This document shows, one piece after another, positions 1 through 11,352 of a DNA stretch of 64,000 nt (positions within the stretch are counted from its first letter, which is position 1; each line of letters starts with the position of its first letter). The position numbers and the translations under genes were made by a program. The notes below the pieces were generated by a model. It was given only the letters and a program-made list of their open reading frames with translations, ran no database searches and had not been told where the DNA came from. The DNA is from Hydrolagus colliei. Lineage: Eukaryota. The stretch is from the NCBI GenBank assembly GCA_035084275.1, contig CM068745.1:7440001-7504000 (forward strand), given 5' to 3'.

Positions 1-1245
1 ACTTTGATTTATATAGCGCCCTCCACGCCGGACTGCATCTCAGAGCGCTTCACAATAGCGGATCCCGGGAACAAGCCAGGGGCAGGGGGAGAAAGGTGAC
101 CAAAGGCGTGGTCGAAGAGAAAGGTCTTCAGCTGGACCTGAAACTGAGAAAAGAGGGGGCGAGGCGGAGGGAGTGAGGAAGGGAATTTCAGAGCCTCGGG
201 GCATAGTGGCTGAAGGCACGGCCTCCTAGGGTGGAGTGGAGGATTCGGGGGACATGGAGGAGGCCAGACCCGGTGGAGCGAAGGCAACGGGTGCTGGTTT
301 GAGGAGAGAGGAGGTCCGAGAGGTAGGGGGTGCAGAGGAGTGGAGAGATTTGAAAACAAGGCTGAGGATCTTAAAGTCGATCCTCTCTGGGATAGGGAGC
401 CAGTGAAGTCTGGCAAGGACTGGGGTAATGGGGGAGCGAAGCTTGGTGTGGGTGAGTATGCGGGCGGCAGAGTTTTGGATGAGTTGGATTTTGTGGATTG
501 TGGTGGAGGGGAGACCGGCGAGGAGGGCATTTGAATAGTCCAGCCGTGAGGTGACGAAGGCGTGGACCAAGGTTTCAGCGGCTTTTTGGGTGAGGTACTG
601 CCGGAGATGGGTGATCCGTCGGAGGTGGTAGAAGGCGGTCCTGGTGAGGGACCGGATGTGGGGGAGGAAGGACAATTGGGGGTTGAACCTGACGCCAAGG
701 TTGTGCACAGGTTTGGAGAGTTTCAGAGGGAGACCGGGAAGGTGGAGGAGGTGAGAGCTGTGCGAATGGAGACGTTGATGAGAGCCAAAGAGTATGGCCT
801 CCGTCTTGTCAACATTCAGCTGCAAGAAATTTGCGCTCATCCAGCTCCTGATGTCTGACAGGAAGGCTGACAGAACATCAGGGGACTGGGGGTCACAAAG
901 TGAAGTAGAGAAATAGAGTTGGGTGTCATCTGCGTACATGTGGAATGTGCCCCATGTGTACGGATGACATCCCCAAGAGGGAGCGTGTAGATGAGGAAGA
1001 GGAGGGGGCCAAGGATGGATCCCTGGGGTACCCCACAGGTAACTGAGTAAGAGTGGGAGGAAAAGCCATTTGTGGAGATGTGCTGCTGGCAGTTTGTGAG
1101 GTAGGACTGGAACCAGGCGAGTACGGTCCCACTGAGGTGGATGACTGAGGACAGGGGGTGGAGGAGGATGATGTGGTCAACTATGTCGAACACAACGGAC
1201 AGGTCCAGGAGGATAAGGAGGCTGAGGGAGCCCTGGTCGTAGATA
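1..1245 (-). mobile_element. L2 LINE 3' fragment (frameshifted reverse transcriptase and 3' tail)
   Basis: ORFs 837..1250 and 226..939 encode RT motifs (LLDLSVVFDIVDH, GVPQGSILGPLLF, YADDTQLY) and the L2-type C-terminus (LVHAFVTSRLDYSN...[13 protein letters not shown]). L2 tail GTGAAGCGCTCTGAGATG...GGCGCTATATAAATCAAAGT lies at the window edge. Confidence 0.93.
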
Positions 1246-1267
1246 TTCATATAGTGGTTTTCACATC

Positions 1268-1567
1268 AGTCCTGTAGCTCAGTGGTTGGAGCACTTGACT
1301 TACAAATGAGAGACCTGGCAGGGAGAAACCTTGGGCAAGTTTCCTTATGCCACACACTTATTAATAATCCTTCAAAATAAATAATAAATTGGTCACTTCA
1401 ATCTACGACTGTTTGTGAGACACTGCTGAGCGCAATTGGCTGCCATGTTTCTCCCACAAATATACAGTCAATTCACTTTTCCAGTTTATTCTGTGAAGCG
1501 CTTTCAGATGTCTAGAAGACGTGAAAAGCACTATACCAAATGCAAGGATTATTATTACTACTATTAT
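1268..1567 (+). mobile_element. tRNA-derived SINE (young family, L2-like tail)
   Basis: A-box-like TAGCTCAGTGG head, body shared with many copies in the window, ends AAATGCAAGG(ATT)n. Confidence 0.88.
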
Positions 1568-1839
1568 CAATAAGACTTCCCAAAGTGCATCATAGATAAG
1601 TGAGTGCCGAGCTGGGAGTGGAGGAGCTGAGGACGGTGATTATGGGGAGGAAGGTAACTAATAGTACCTGAAAGTGACTGAAAGGAGGATTTTAAATTGA
1701 GTTTTAAGCAGTGGGAGGGAGGATCAAGTGGAGAAAAAAATTAGTGTTCCAGAGATTAGGGACAAAATGTCTAAAAGATTAGTCACAGATGGTGGAATAG
1801 AACAGATTATGTGTTATGTGGAATCTTTCGTGGAATGAA

Positions 1840-2340
1840 ATATTTTCAACCAATTATGTCCTATTCTGCCCAGTTCCTAATTGTAAGAGAAAATATCATT
1901 GAGTGCTTTAGAGAAGGTACAATGGACCCAGTTGACACTAGGGATAAGAGTACGTAGCAAAGCTTGCAAAACTGGTAATGTATTCACTGGAGCAAGGAAG
2001 ATAAAGAGAAAATCCAGCACAAAGTACAATATTCAAAATGATCGAAATGTTTGGGAATTTAAAAGATGAGGCATAAGTTATATTTATTCGGTACGTGCAG
2101 GAAGAGGTTAAAAGAAAATATAGGTTGGTGCGATATGGAAAAACTGCCACAAAGTCCGTAAGCCGATTTGAAAGAGAATTAGATAAACATTTAAAGAATG
2201 AGATGTAAAAGGAAATGGTGAAAGAATATGAAAAAATCAGGATTATAGTAGACAGCTTCAGTGCAGGGGAGTTAGCATGCCACAGGCATAACAGGCTGAA
2301 TTACTTCTTCCCAGTCTGGCATTTACACAATTCTATGATG
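1840..2340 (+). mobile_element. Old degraded CR1 LINE 3' fragment
   Basis: Degenerate match to the 3' part of the CR1 at 3631-4540 (TTCACTGGAGCAAGGAAG, AAGAGAATTAGAT, ends ATTCTATGAT). Confidence 0.55.
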
Positions 2341-2960
2341 TGACTATGGAGATGGCTCTCTCATTACTGTAGCTAGGAGTAATATGCTGTACTTAAGAGT
2401 GCTGTAGCAAGACAAGTCAGTTTATTAAGCTTTATGGTTAAAATTGCATCTAGATGTGAAATATCCAATTTCCATCTTGTAATGTTTATCTCTGTTAAAT
2501 TAAATGAATGGCTGCTCACCGTCTCAGCACCCGCCTGGGTCTTTACAAACGCGGACAGTGACAATTTGAAATTCTGGGATTCCATCCTCAGAAATCTGAT
2601 GGCAAGCTTTATTACCAATGGAGCATGTACAGTTATAGCACATCAACAACAACAACATTACATTGATAGAGTGCCTTTCACGTCGGGTGGACGTGCCACA
2701 TGTGGGTCAAATAAGCAGCGATTCACAATGGAGTTCATTATCAACAACTTGGAGTCATCAGTGGGTGAGCAGTAGTGCATCGCATCCAACTCCAGATTTA
2801 CTGGAGTTGGATACAGCACTTCAGAGCAAGAATCCTGCGAGTTGGCTGTCATTTGCTGCATTCAACCAAAGAATTTGGTTGAGTGATTTTGAGTGTATGC
2901 TATGGTAGACCACTGGTTGTCCATATGTCTGTTATTTACATGTCTGCTTGTCAGCAGCAG

Positions 2961-3600
2961 TGATGTGTCAGCCTAGCTCAGTTGGTAACACAATAACAAA
3001 ATATTACATTTCTATAGGGCCGCGGCTCTGAGTCAGAAAGCTGTCTAAAGAGTCCCGCACTCTGAAACTCCATCACACAGTCCCTTCGCCTTGCTCCCTC
3101 CCTCAACTCCTTCAAGGTTGGTCTCAAGACCCTCTTCTTCGACCATGCTTTCTGCTGCCCTGCCAACTCTCTCTACCCCTCGCCCCTAGTCCGTCCCTCG
3201 CCCTTGCTCGGGTCCCGACCTGACTGTTCAGCGCCTTGGGACGTCCTCCCGATGTGAAAGGCGCTCTATAAGTATAACTTTGTTATTGTAAATTCAGGCC
3301 CCAAATCGAAACTTTGAACTCATAGTCTGGGTGACACTCCCATGTGGTATTGGGGGAGCATTGCATTGCTGAAGATGTCGTCATTCAATGATACATTAAA
3401 GCAGGTCCCATCTGCCTGTTCAGGTGGACATCAAATAACCTATTTGAAATGAGAAGGCATGTTTCTCCAGATATTCTGCCAATAATTCTCCAGTTCTGTA
3501 TAAATTGGTTTCTTCATTCATCTACAAACACATGCTCACTCCACATTATACCACCCTCTGTGAAGCACCTCGAGACATTTAGATATGATTATGCTCTTTA
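2961..3600 (+). mobile_element. DeuSINE-type (SacSINE1/AmnSINE-like) SINE interrupted by L2 pieces
   Basis: tRNA head GCTCAGTTGGTA...CTCTGAGTCAGAA, Deu-domain-like GCATTGCTGAAGATGTCGTC...CATCTGCCTGTTCAGGTGGAC. Family name is from recalled consensus. Confidence 0.65.
3055..3289 (+). mobile_element. L2 LINE 3' end nested in the SINE
   Basis: CTCAAGACCCTCTTCTTCGACCATGC...GTGAAAGGCGCTCTATA...TTGTTATTGT tail. Confidence 0.8.
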
Positions 3601-3630
3601 TCAAAAATAAGAATTATTACATCACAACCT

Positions 3631-4540
3631 ATTTCCAAGTTTGCAGATGACACTAAGTTAGGGAGAATAGTAAATAGTGAGGAGGATAGTAGCCATCTGC
3701 AAGAGGATATAGACAAATTGGTAAAGTGGGCAGACACATGGCAGATGAAGTTTAATGCAGAGAAGTGTGAGGTGATGCATTTTGGGAGAAGAAATGAAGG
3801 GAGGCAATATAGGCTAGATAGTACAATTTTAAATGGTGTGAAGGAACAGAGAGACCTGGGATTTGTGTTAGTGACTCATTGAAGGTGGCAGGACAGGTAG
3901 ACAAGGCTGTTAAGAAGGCATATGGGATACTAGGCTTTATAAATAGGGGTATAGAGTACAAAAGTCAGGAAGTGCTGACTAACCTCGATAGGACTTTGGT
4001 GAGGCCTCAGCTGGAATACTGTGTTCAATTCTGGTCACCACACTACAGAAAGGATGTGAAGGCATTGGAAAGGGTGCAGCGAAGATTTACTAGGATGGTG
4101 CCAGGATTGAGGGTCTTCAGCTATGAGGAGAGGCTAGATAGGCTAAGGTTATTCTCTCTGGAGCAGAGAAGATTGAGGGGAGACCTAATAGAGGTTTATA
4201 AGATCATGAGGGGTTTCGACAGGGCAAATAGAGAAAAACTATTTCCACTCGTGGGTGAATCTGTGACTCGTGGTCACAGAGGGGAAGTAGAGGGGAGCTG
4301 AGGAGAAATTTTTTGACTCAGCGAGTTGTTCGAATCTGGAATGCATTGCCTGAAAAGGTGGTGGAGGCTGATTCGATAACAACTTTTAAAAGGGAATTAG
4401 ATCTTTATTTAGGGAGAACAGGTCTATTAGGCTATGGGGAGCGGGCAGGGCAGTGGGATTGAATCGCTCTTTTCAAAGAGCCGGCACAGACTAGATGGGC
4501 CGAATGGCCTCCTTTTGTGCCGTAAAATTCTATGAATCTA
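3631..4540 (+). mobile_element. CR1 LINE 3' fragment
   Basis: KFADDTKLG read at the start; ORF 3879..4301 has [15 protein letters not shown]...LERVQRRFTRM...LEQRRLRGDLIEVYKI; 3' end GGGCCGAATGGCCTCC...ATTCTATG. Confidence 0.93.
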
Positions 4541-6059
4541 ACCTGATACAGATGTGAATGCAAGATACCAAAAGCAAAATGCTGGTATGTGTGCACGTGA
4601 AGTTGTGGACATACATGTGAGCTTCGTGCTTTGGATGCATGTTGTCGCGAGGTTGTTAGGAATGTTATTAAGTGGTCTGGTAGCTAAACTCAATCTCAAG
4701 TGACCTTGTGCACTAGTACACAACAGAATTTTTCCCCTAAGAGTGCATGGTCATTTTTCACCTTTGAGAATTTGAAATCAGTATCTCTCCTTCAAAACAC
4801 ACTGGGGGCAGAGGTTCTTCAAATTCAGCTCTTTTTAAATCTGCAAGCCAAAGCTCCAACAGGTAGTGTTGTCCTTGCTAGACAAGCAGCCTGAAGTTTG
4901 CCAGCCAATGTCTTGAATGTCAAACTATTTGTTAGGTGGACATATTAAAGCACTTCATAGGATTTACTGTAGTGACTGTAGTGAGTGCAGATGAGATCAT
5001 ACATCTGGTGGTCTAAATGGAAAGCTATGTGGGTTTAGATGGTTAACCTCTAGTGTGTATCCCAGCACACTCTGAGGTCCCAAGCCTTGGGTCTCTCTAA
5101 CCTGAGCCAAATAATCTCCGAAATTAGTGAAGTAGGATGTGTCTCCGAGAGAGTGTGCATGGCATTCCAGACTCAGGGACATTTTGATGTGTAAGTAGCA
5201 TATATAAGTGGAACTCTGGTTTAAATACTCTTAAGCTTGGTGGATTTCTGTATATTGCAGACACCTGGTTTAAGAAAACTGATACAAGCAGACTCTATTG
5301 ATAAATCCCAAAGATCATCCATTAAAACCAGATATTGCAGTTTTAGATCAATGTACAGGTGGTAAAATCACTGGTAATATCTGTCCGAAACTCCATCAGA
5401 TACACTGATATGTGTCCAGCTTAAGAGCACAAAAATTAAATTGGGAACATAAATGGTATTTGGTCGGATTTGGGGGTGACAGTGAGGTCATTTGAAGCTA
5501 AGGATTGAGACTGTAGCCTGTTACTCAAGAGTGTGAATCCCAATTTTGTAACAGTTTAAGATTAAGCAGGAATAATTTCAACATTCATCTTTATCTGCAT
5601 CGTATTCAACAAAACCATTCGAACTTTCCACGTGACTGTTGCAATTCATCACAAGTACTGACAACTCTCCAATCTATTTATGCTAATGGTCAACCGGTGT
5701 GTTTGTTGCTATTCACATGGGACACTCGGCACATTTAGTACTTACATCTCCGTACAATGAGAAGGAAACCAGCTCAGCAAGCTACATGGTAATCGGCACA
5801 GTGTGTCCTTTAAAAGAGACTGTGATAAATTGCTCTTATTGATTTAGGTTTATGCTGTGCAGTCGGAAAGTATCATTTCAAATGTTTCATTTGGTTTAAC
5901 TCCTTTTAATCCCAAGAGCCTGAAGTATACTATAGTTTAATAGGTTGACAACTTTTTTTAAAAAAATAATGATTTGACTGGAAAACAAGGATACAGGACA
6001 AGATACTCTTGACAGGAATGAGCTATCACCATTCACCAAACCAAGCTTGGGCTTTTCAA

Positions 6060-6440
6060 TACAAAACAAAAATACATTTGTATAGCGCCTTTCGCGTGGG
6101 AAATATTTTGCTTCAGTCTTGAATGGAGTTGTGCGTAACAGGTGTATAACATTTTTAAATATGATTGGAAACAGTAAAGTCTAAACAACATTTTCAGATG
6201 CATTAAGACAGCAAAATAAGAAGACACCGGTTTAAAGTTGCACGGGATTCTTTGGGGACAAAGGGAAGGCGTTTAGGCAGGATTTGAATGGAGGGAAGGA
6301 GGGGGCAAGGCAAAAGGATTAGGGGAGAGAATCCCAAAGTTTTGTGGAGTAGTGACTGATGGTGAAACATGGGGCACGAGGGACAAACAGGAGGCCAGAA
6401 TAAGCTGAGCAGAGGCAGAGGTTGGTGGAGTAGGTGGGTA
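6060..6440 (-). mobile_element. Degraded L2 3' fragment(s)
   Basis: L2 tail ATTTGTATAGCGCCTTTC at ~6075 and purine-rich L2 3' body ~6260-6440. Confidence 0.55.
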
Positions 6441-6524
6441 AACAAGTCAAATAGATAAGATAATTGGATTAATTAATGCTCCCATTAAAGCAATCCACTA
6501 ATTGACTAACAACTGGGTTCCTAC

Positions 6525-6764
6525 GGGGGGGGGCACTCGACAGTCCAAATGTTCGATAGTCCGAACACAAAAATTTCCTACACCTGGAGCGGTTACCGTG
6601 GTTACCGCTCGATAGTCCGAAAATAAGGTTCATTAATCGGAACATTTGGTACGATAGTCTGAAGGTTCATTAGTCCAAATGTTAGGGTTAGGGTTAGTGT
6701 TAGGGGAAGCTTCGGACTAACGAAACTTCGTACGAATGAACCTTCGGACTATCGAGCTGTAACC
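6525..6764. mobile_element. Non-autonomous DNA transposon with 8-bp TSD, subterminal repeats and internal (TTAGGG)n
   Basis: Perfect TSD GTTCCTAC at 6517-6524 and 6765-6772; repeated TCGATAGTCCGAA-like units, forward on the left and reverse on the right; a homologous uninterrupted site is visible at ~22578-22600. Confidence 0.85.
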
Positions 6765-7249
6765 GTTCCTACTTACTGCTAGGTAAACAGAGGTGTGTGG
6801 AGTAAGGAAACTTGCCCAACATTTTGTCCTGCCGGGAATCAAAGCCGGGTAATTCGCTTGTGAGGCGAGTGCTCTAACCATTGAGGTACAGAACTCGATA
6901 AACATCTTCACACAGGTAACATATTTTGAAAGTGGAATGGTGATAGGAACACACATTCTTTGACTGAATTTACAAACCTATCATTGAACACACACTTTGA
7001 GGGAATATTCCAGCTGTTTCTCGACATAGATATTTTTCTTAGCATTTTGGAATGCATATGTTTTTCACTATTAGTAAATTTCAATCTTAATTTTTAAGAT
7101 TGGAGCCTTGACTGAACTCAAAATTCCAATGTGAGACTTGAACTTTTTGCCTTCTCCCTCCAAGGCAAGAGTGTTTCCACGTAATCAAGACTGTTGCCTC
7201 ACAGGTTTACCCAACAGCCTAACCAGTTTGAGAACTCCTTTGTGTGCAG
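6765..7249 (+). repeat. Direct segmental duplicate, copy A (SINE head plus apparently unique flank)
   Basis: Collinear with 22586-23112, including non-SINE sequence such as GAACTCGATAAACATCTTCACAC...GGAACACACATTCTTTGACTGAATTTACAAACCT. Confidence 0.92.
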
Positions 7250-7412
7250 GTTCCTACTTACTGCTAGGTAAACAGAGGTGTGTGGAGTAAGTAAACTTGC
7301 TGAATACACTAGCAAAACACAAAATACTACAGATGCTGGGAATCTGAAACAAAAACAAAAGTTGCTGGGGAAACTCAGCAGGTCAGGCAGCATCCATGGA
7401 GAAAGGAAAAAG

Positions 7413-7449
7413 AGTCAACGTTTCGGGTCTACAACCCTTCGTCAGAACT
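7413..7449 (-). ncRNA. Minimal type I hammerhead ribozyme (PLE-associated)
   Basis: Minus strand AGTT-CTGACGA-A-GGGT(TGTAG)ACCC-GAAAC-GTT-GACT: CUGANGA and GAAA core, 4-bp stem II, palindromic ACGT stem III, AGTT/GACT stem I. Confidence 0.75.
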
Positions 7450-8065
7450 GGGGCTTGTTTGGAGGGAGAGGTTTCTTAAGAACGTTAAAGGGGGAGAGGC
7501 AGGACATGGAAGACAAAGGAAAAGGAAAAAAGCGTGTGTTAACTGATAGGGATGTATGGAAGGTCAATCCTGATCTTCCAGTCTCCCTCCATTTCAACTT
7601 GCGCTCACATTCAGAGGCTGATCTTTCGATCCATGGTCTCCTGCACTGTTCCAGTGACTCACAGCGAAAGCTTGAGGAACAGCACCTCATCTATCTACTG
7701 GGGACACTGCAGCCGTCTGGCTTCAACATTGATTTCAGCCATTTCAGGCCATAGGAGTTTCTTCCCCCCTCCATCCCCCCCCCCCGCCCCCCCCTCCCCC
7801 ACCCCCCATCACAATCATAACTCCAGACACCCCTTGCCTCTCTGGTGTTTTGTTTACTCTATCACCACTAAACACGTCTTCTCCCCAGTTTTGTTTAAAC
7901 CCACCCACTTCTGTTTCTCCCCATGAAGCCGTTATCACATATTCAACCCATCAGTTACCACACTCTTTTTTCCTTTTCCTTTGTCTTCTTTATCTCCTTT
8001 GTCTTCCATGTCCTGCCTCTCCCCCTTTAACGTCCTTAAGAAACCTCTCCCTCCAAACAAGCCCC

Positions 8066-8102
8066 AGTTCTGACGAAGGGTTGTAGACCTGAAACGTTGA
8101 CT
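8066..8102 (+). ncRNA. Minimal type I hammerhead ribozyme (PLE-associated)
   Basis: AGTT-CTGACGA-AGGGT(TGTAG)ACCT-GAAAC-GTT-GACT; same fold with one G-U pair in stem II. Confidence 0.72.
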
Positions 8103-8608
8103 CTTTTTCCTTTCTCCATGGATGCTGCCTGACCTGCTGAGTTTCCCCAGCAACTTTTGTTTTTGTTGCTGAATACAGTACTTCAGCCTGTCAGGAATCA
8201 AACACAGTTTTCTTGCCTTGTGAGGCAAGTGCTCTAACTACTGAGCTACAGGACTCCACAATGTTAGTTGCACTGAAGCATGATGTGAAGCACATATTGC
8301 AAATCCACTTTCTATCATTTTACTGAAAGAAACACAATTGTCTAGATTGTTCCAGTCTTTGTGCTGAGTTCTCTCTACCGACGTTTTATTCATCTTCACT
8401 ATATTCACTATTGCCTCTGGAAGCTTTCAAGTCCTTGAACCCAGTCCACTCTCCTCCAAAAACTCTGCTGCAATAACAGTTTTAATGCAATGATGAAAGG
8501 GTACCCATTTATTTGTATATTTGCAATCCAACTTCATCTTTAATCTCCTCTCTAGATTTCAAGGAAGTCTTTCAATTGAAGTTCATTGAAAGCCACAAAG
8601 TACTTGGG

Positions 8609-8714
8609 CCAAAAATGCAGAAATCGCTGAGAATACTCAGCAGGTCAGTCAGCATCTATGGAGAAAAGAAAAGCGAGTTATCGTTTCGGATCCATGTGCC
8701 TTTGTCAGAACTCA
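8609..8714 (-). mobile_element. Short PLE pseudo-LTR copy with decayed hammerhead
   Basis: Similar to 7345-7449; flanked by AAAGTACTTGGG (8597-8608) and AAAGCACTTGGG (8715-8726). Confidence 0.78.
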
Positions 8715-9603
8715 AAAGCACTTGGGTTTTTGACTTTGGATTGCTGACAGCAAAGTGGGGGGGACAAAAAAAACAAAAAGCAATGTCTTTATTTGGTATC
8801 TGGATAACCTGTATCTGGTTTTATGGAATTAGAATTTTGTACCAGCTGTGCTATTACATAATATTTACAATCTCCATGAGGAAAAAATTAAATGTTTCCA
8901 AAAAGTATGAATTGTAACTTTAATATCAACTGGAAGAGTTGAAGTGAGGTTAAAATAACCATTGTCCTCTAGAGGGTTATTAGATTATCAAATGTCAAAG
9001 TCACAAGTGGCTATTGAGGTTGAGATAGTTCAGTGGAAGTTGGGTAAAAGTTTGGACATTACCAGAAGGTCGCCAGAATTCATTAAAAGTTGTAGTTTGC
9101 AAACTTACTCCAACACAACTGTGACTACTCAAACTATTGATATTGGTGATAATTTACAGAAAATGCTTCATGAAAAAGTTCAGCAAATTTGTAGCATTTT
9201 CAAATGCTGCTGATGAAAGATTTTTCTTAGCTGACTATTCATTCAAAATTTTTTGCAACACAGAAGAATTGCTTGAACTTGCTCCACTGATGATAACAAC
9301 AAATGTCTTTTTGAAATTGGTTGAGTGCACGGATAGGGGTGATCTGAATATGGCTAGATTTACTTTGCTTCAAATGGAGGGCCAGCAAGGAACTAGTTGT
9401 TGCCAGTGTAAAATGCTGAAAAGTCGCCATTGCAGTTTCTATCTTACCACTGCGTTATTGACCAACGAAACCTATATATGGAAAAAAGTGTGAAACAGTC
9501 ATGGATGTCATAATTCGAACACTAAACTTGATGTGTGTGCAGAAATTTAATAACAATTTCACACACAACAGTTTGCATTTATATAGTGCTCTCTCTGCAG
9601 GAT

Positions 9604-10193
9604 ACAACAACAACAACAACAACTTTGATTTATATAACGCCCTCCTCGCCAGAAGGCGTCTCAGAGTGCTTCACAGTAGGGGTCCTGGGACCGAGCCAGG
9701 AGCAGGGGCAGGAAGGTGACCAAAAGCTCGGTCGAAGAGAAAGGTCTTCAACTGTGACCTGAAACTGGGAAGAGAGGGGTCGAGGCAAAGCGAGTGAGGA
9801 AGGGAGTTACAGAGCCTCAGGGCGTAGTGGCTAAAGGCACGGCCGCCGAGGGTGGAGCGGAGGACTCGGGGGACATGGAGGAGGCCAGACCCAGAGGAAC
9901 GAAGGCAGCGGGTGCTGGGTTGTGGGGAGAGAAGATCAGAGAGATAGGGGGGTGCAGAGGAATAGAGGGATTTGAAAACAAGGGTGAGGATCTTGAAGTC
10001 GATCCTCTCTGGGATAGGGAGCCAGTGAAGTTTGGCAAGGACTGGGGTAATGGGGGAGTGAAGTTTAGAGCGGGTGAGTATGCGGGCGGCAGAGTTCTGG
10101 ATAAGCTGGATTTTGTGGATTGTGGTGGAGGGGAGACCGGCGAGGAGGGCGTTGCAGTAGTCCAGCCGAGAGGTGACACAGGCGTGGACCAAG
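9604..10193 (-). mobile_element. L2 LINE 3' fragment (same family as 1-1245)
   Basis: ORF 9671..10231 has [16 protein letters not shown]...[13 protein letters not shown]...QLKTFLF; (CAA)n tail at ~9604-9623. Confidence 0.92.
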
Positions 10194-10204
10194 CACTGTA
10201 AAGC

Positions 10205-10617
10205 ATTGCTTTCATTTTCAAAGCCCTCCATGGCCTCACCCCACCCTACACCTGCGATCTTCTAACCCCCTACCAACCTGCCCGCCCTTTCCGCTCAGCA
10301 GGCTCTGGCCTGCTCCGCATCCCCGGACCCACCCGCCCCACCACTGGTGGGCAAGCCTTCAGCCATTCTGCCCCTAACTTCTGGAACTCCATCCTGCAGT
10401 TCCTCTGCCTCGCTCCCTCCCTGGCCTCCTTCAAGTCCCGCCTCAAGATCCTTCTCTTCAACTCGTCCACTCCTCTTCAACTCCTCTTCAACTTTCCCTC
10501 CACTCTCCCCATCACCGACCCCAGCTCGGCTCTGAAGCAATGACTGTCCAGCTCCTTGGGACGTCCTGCTGACATGAAAGGCCCTGTACAAGTGTAATTT
10601 TGTTGTTGTTGTTGATG
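10205..10617 (+). mobile_element. L2 LINE 3' fragment, head-to-head with the previous one
   Basis: TTCAAAGCCCTCCATGGCCTCACC...CTCAAGATCCTTCTCTTC...(GTT)n tail. Confidence 0.82.
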
Positions 10618-11089
10618 TTTACCTTCTGATGAATTGAACAACATAATGGAGAATCACAGTACCATTCAGAAGTTTGCTGGCTGAGCCTGGTGAGATTTTG
10701 AAATGTGAGGTAAAAGCAGATCAATTTATGCACTCAGCACATTGTTACATACCCAAATTGTCAGTTTAAAATTGGTTATACAATCCTACGCCTACAGTGG
10801 ACTTGAATGACCACTTGTGTTGCTCCAAACATGTGATTCAAGGATGAAATCAACTTGTGACACTGCTGTGATTCCATGTTTGCGCATTTGAGTTGAAGCT
10901 TCACAATGACAGAACTGCAGGAAAGTGATGTCACCAGTGGCCATTTTTAGAGAGATTGTCATAGCTTTTTTGTTACATGAAATGAACTTAACTCAGAGCT
11001 GCCAACCAGTACGTTTTTGCGGTATTTAGTATGGTAAATTGAAGTAAATACGGTAGTACGATTTTTCTTGTTAAAATACGTTTTTCGGA

Positions 11090-11352
11090 NNNNNNNNNNN
11101 NNNNNNNNNNNNNNNNNNNNNNNNNNNNNNNNNNNNNNNNNNNNNNNNNNNNNNNNNNNNNNNNNNNNNNNNNNNNNNNNNNNNNNNNNNNNNNNNNNNN
11201 NNNNNNNNNNNNNNNNNNNNNNNNNNNNNNNNNNNNNNNNNNNNNNNNNNNNNNNNNNNNNNNNNNNNNNNNNNNNNNNNNNNNNNNNNNNNNNNNNNNN
11301 NNNNNNNNNNNNNNNNNNNNNNNNNNNNNNNNNNNNNNNNNNNNNNNNNNNN
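11090..11352. other. Assembly gap (263 N)
   Basis: Run of n. Confidence 0.99.

Larger units (their letters stand above)
7309..8165 (+). mobile_element. Penelope-like element remnant (Poseidon-type, C-terminal GIY-YIG) with inverted pseudo-LTR arms
   Basis: 7560-7754 encodes PDLPVSLHFN...HS...LEEQHLIYLLGTLQPSGFNIDF, typical of a PLE endonuclease C-terminus. Arms ~7312-7549 and ~7948-8167 are reverse complements. TSD TTGCTGAATACA at 7297-7308 and 8166-8177. Inserted in a SINE head. Confidence 0.9.

Noticed and set aside
9-939. Long ORFs (229 aa, 237 aa) as host genes
   Set aside because: They are the RT frame and an alternative frame of a truncated, frameshifted L2.
1268-1350. tRNA gene (also at 19899, 24659, 41559, 51614)
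   Set aside because: tRNA-like heads run into a shared SINE body and (ATT)n tail; no complete acceptor stem.
6682-6705. Telomere or chromosome fusion site
   Set aside because: Only ~3-4 units, internal to a TSD-flanked element.
6540-6760. CRISPR-like or iteron-like repeat array
   Set aside because: Units are adjacent, switch orientation and lack unique spacers; bounded by a TSD in eukaryotic DNA.
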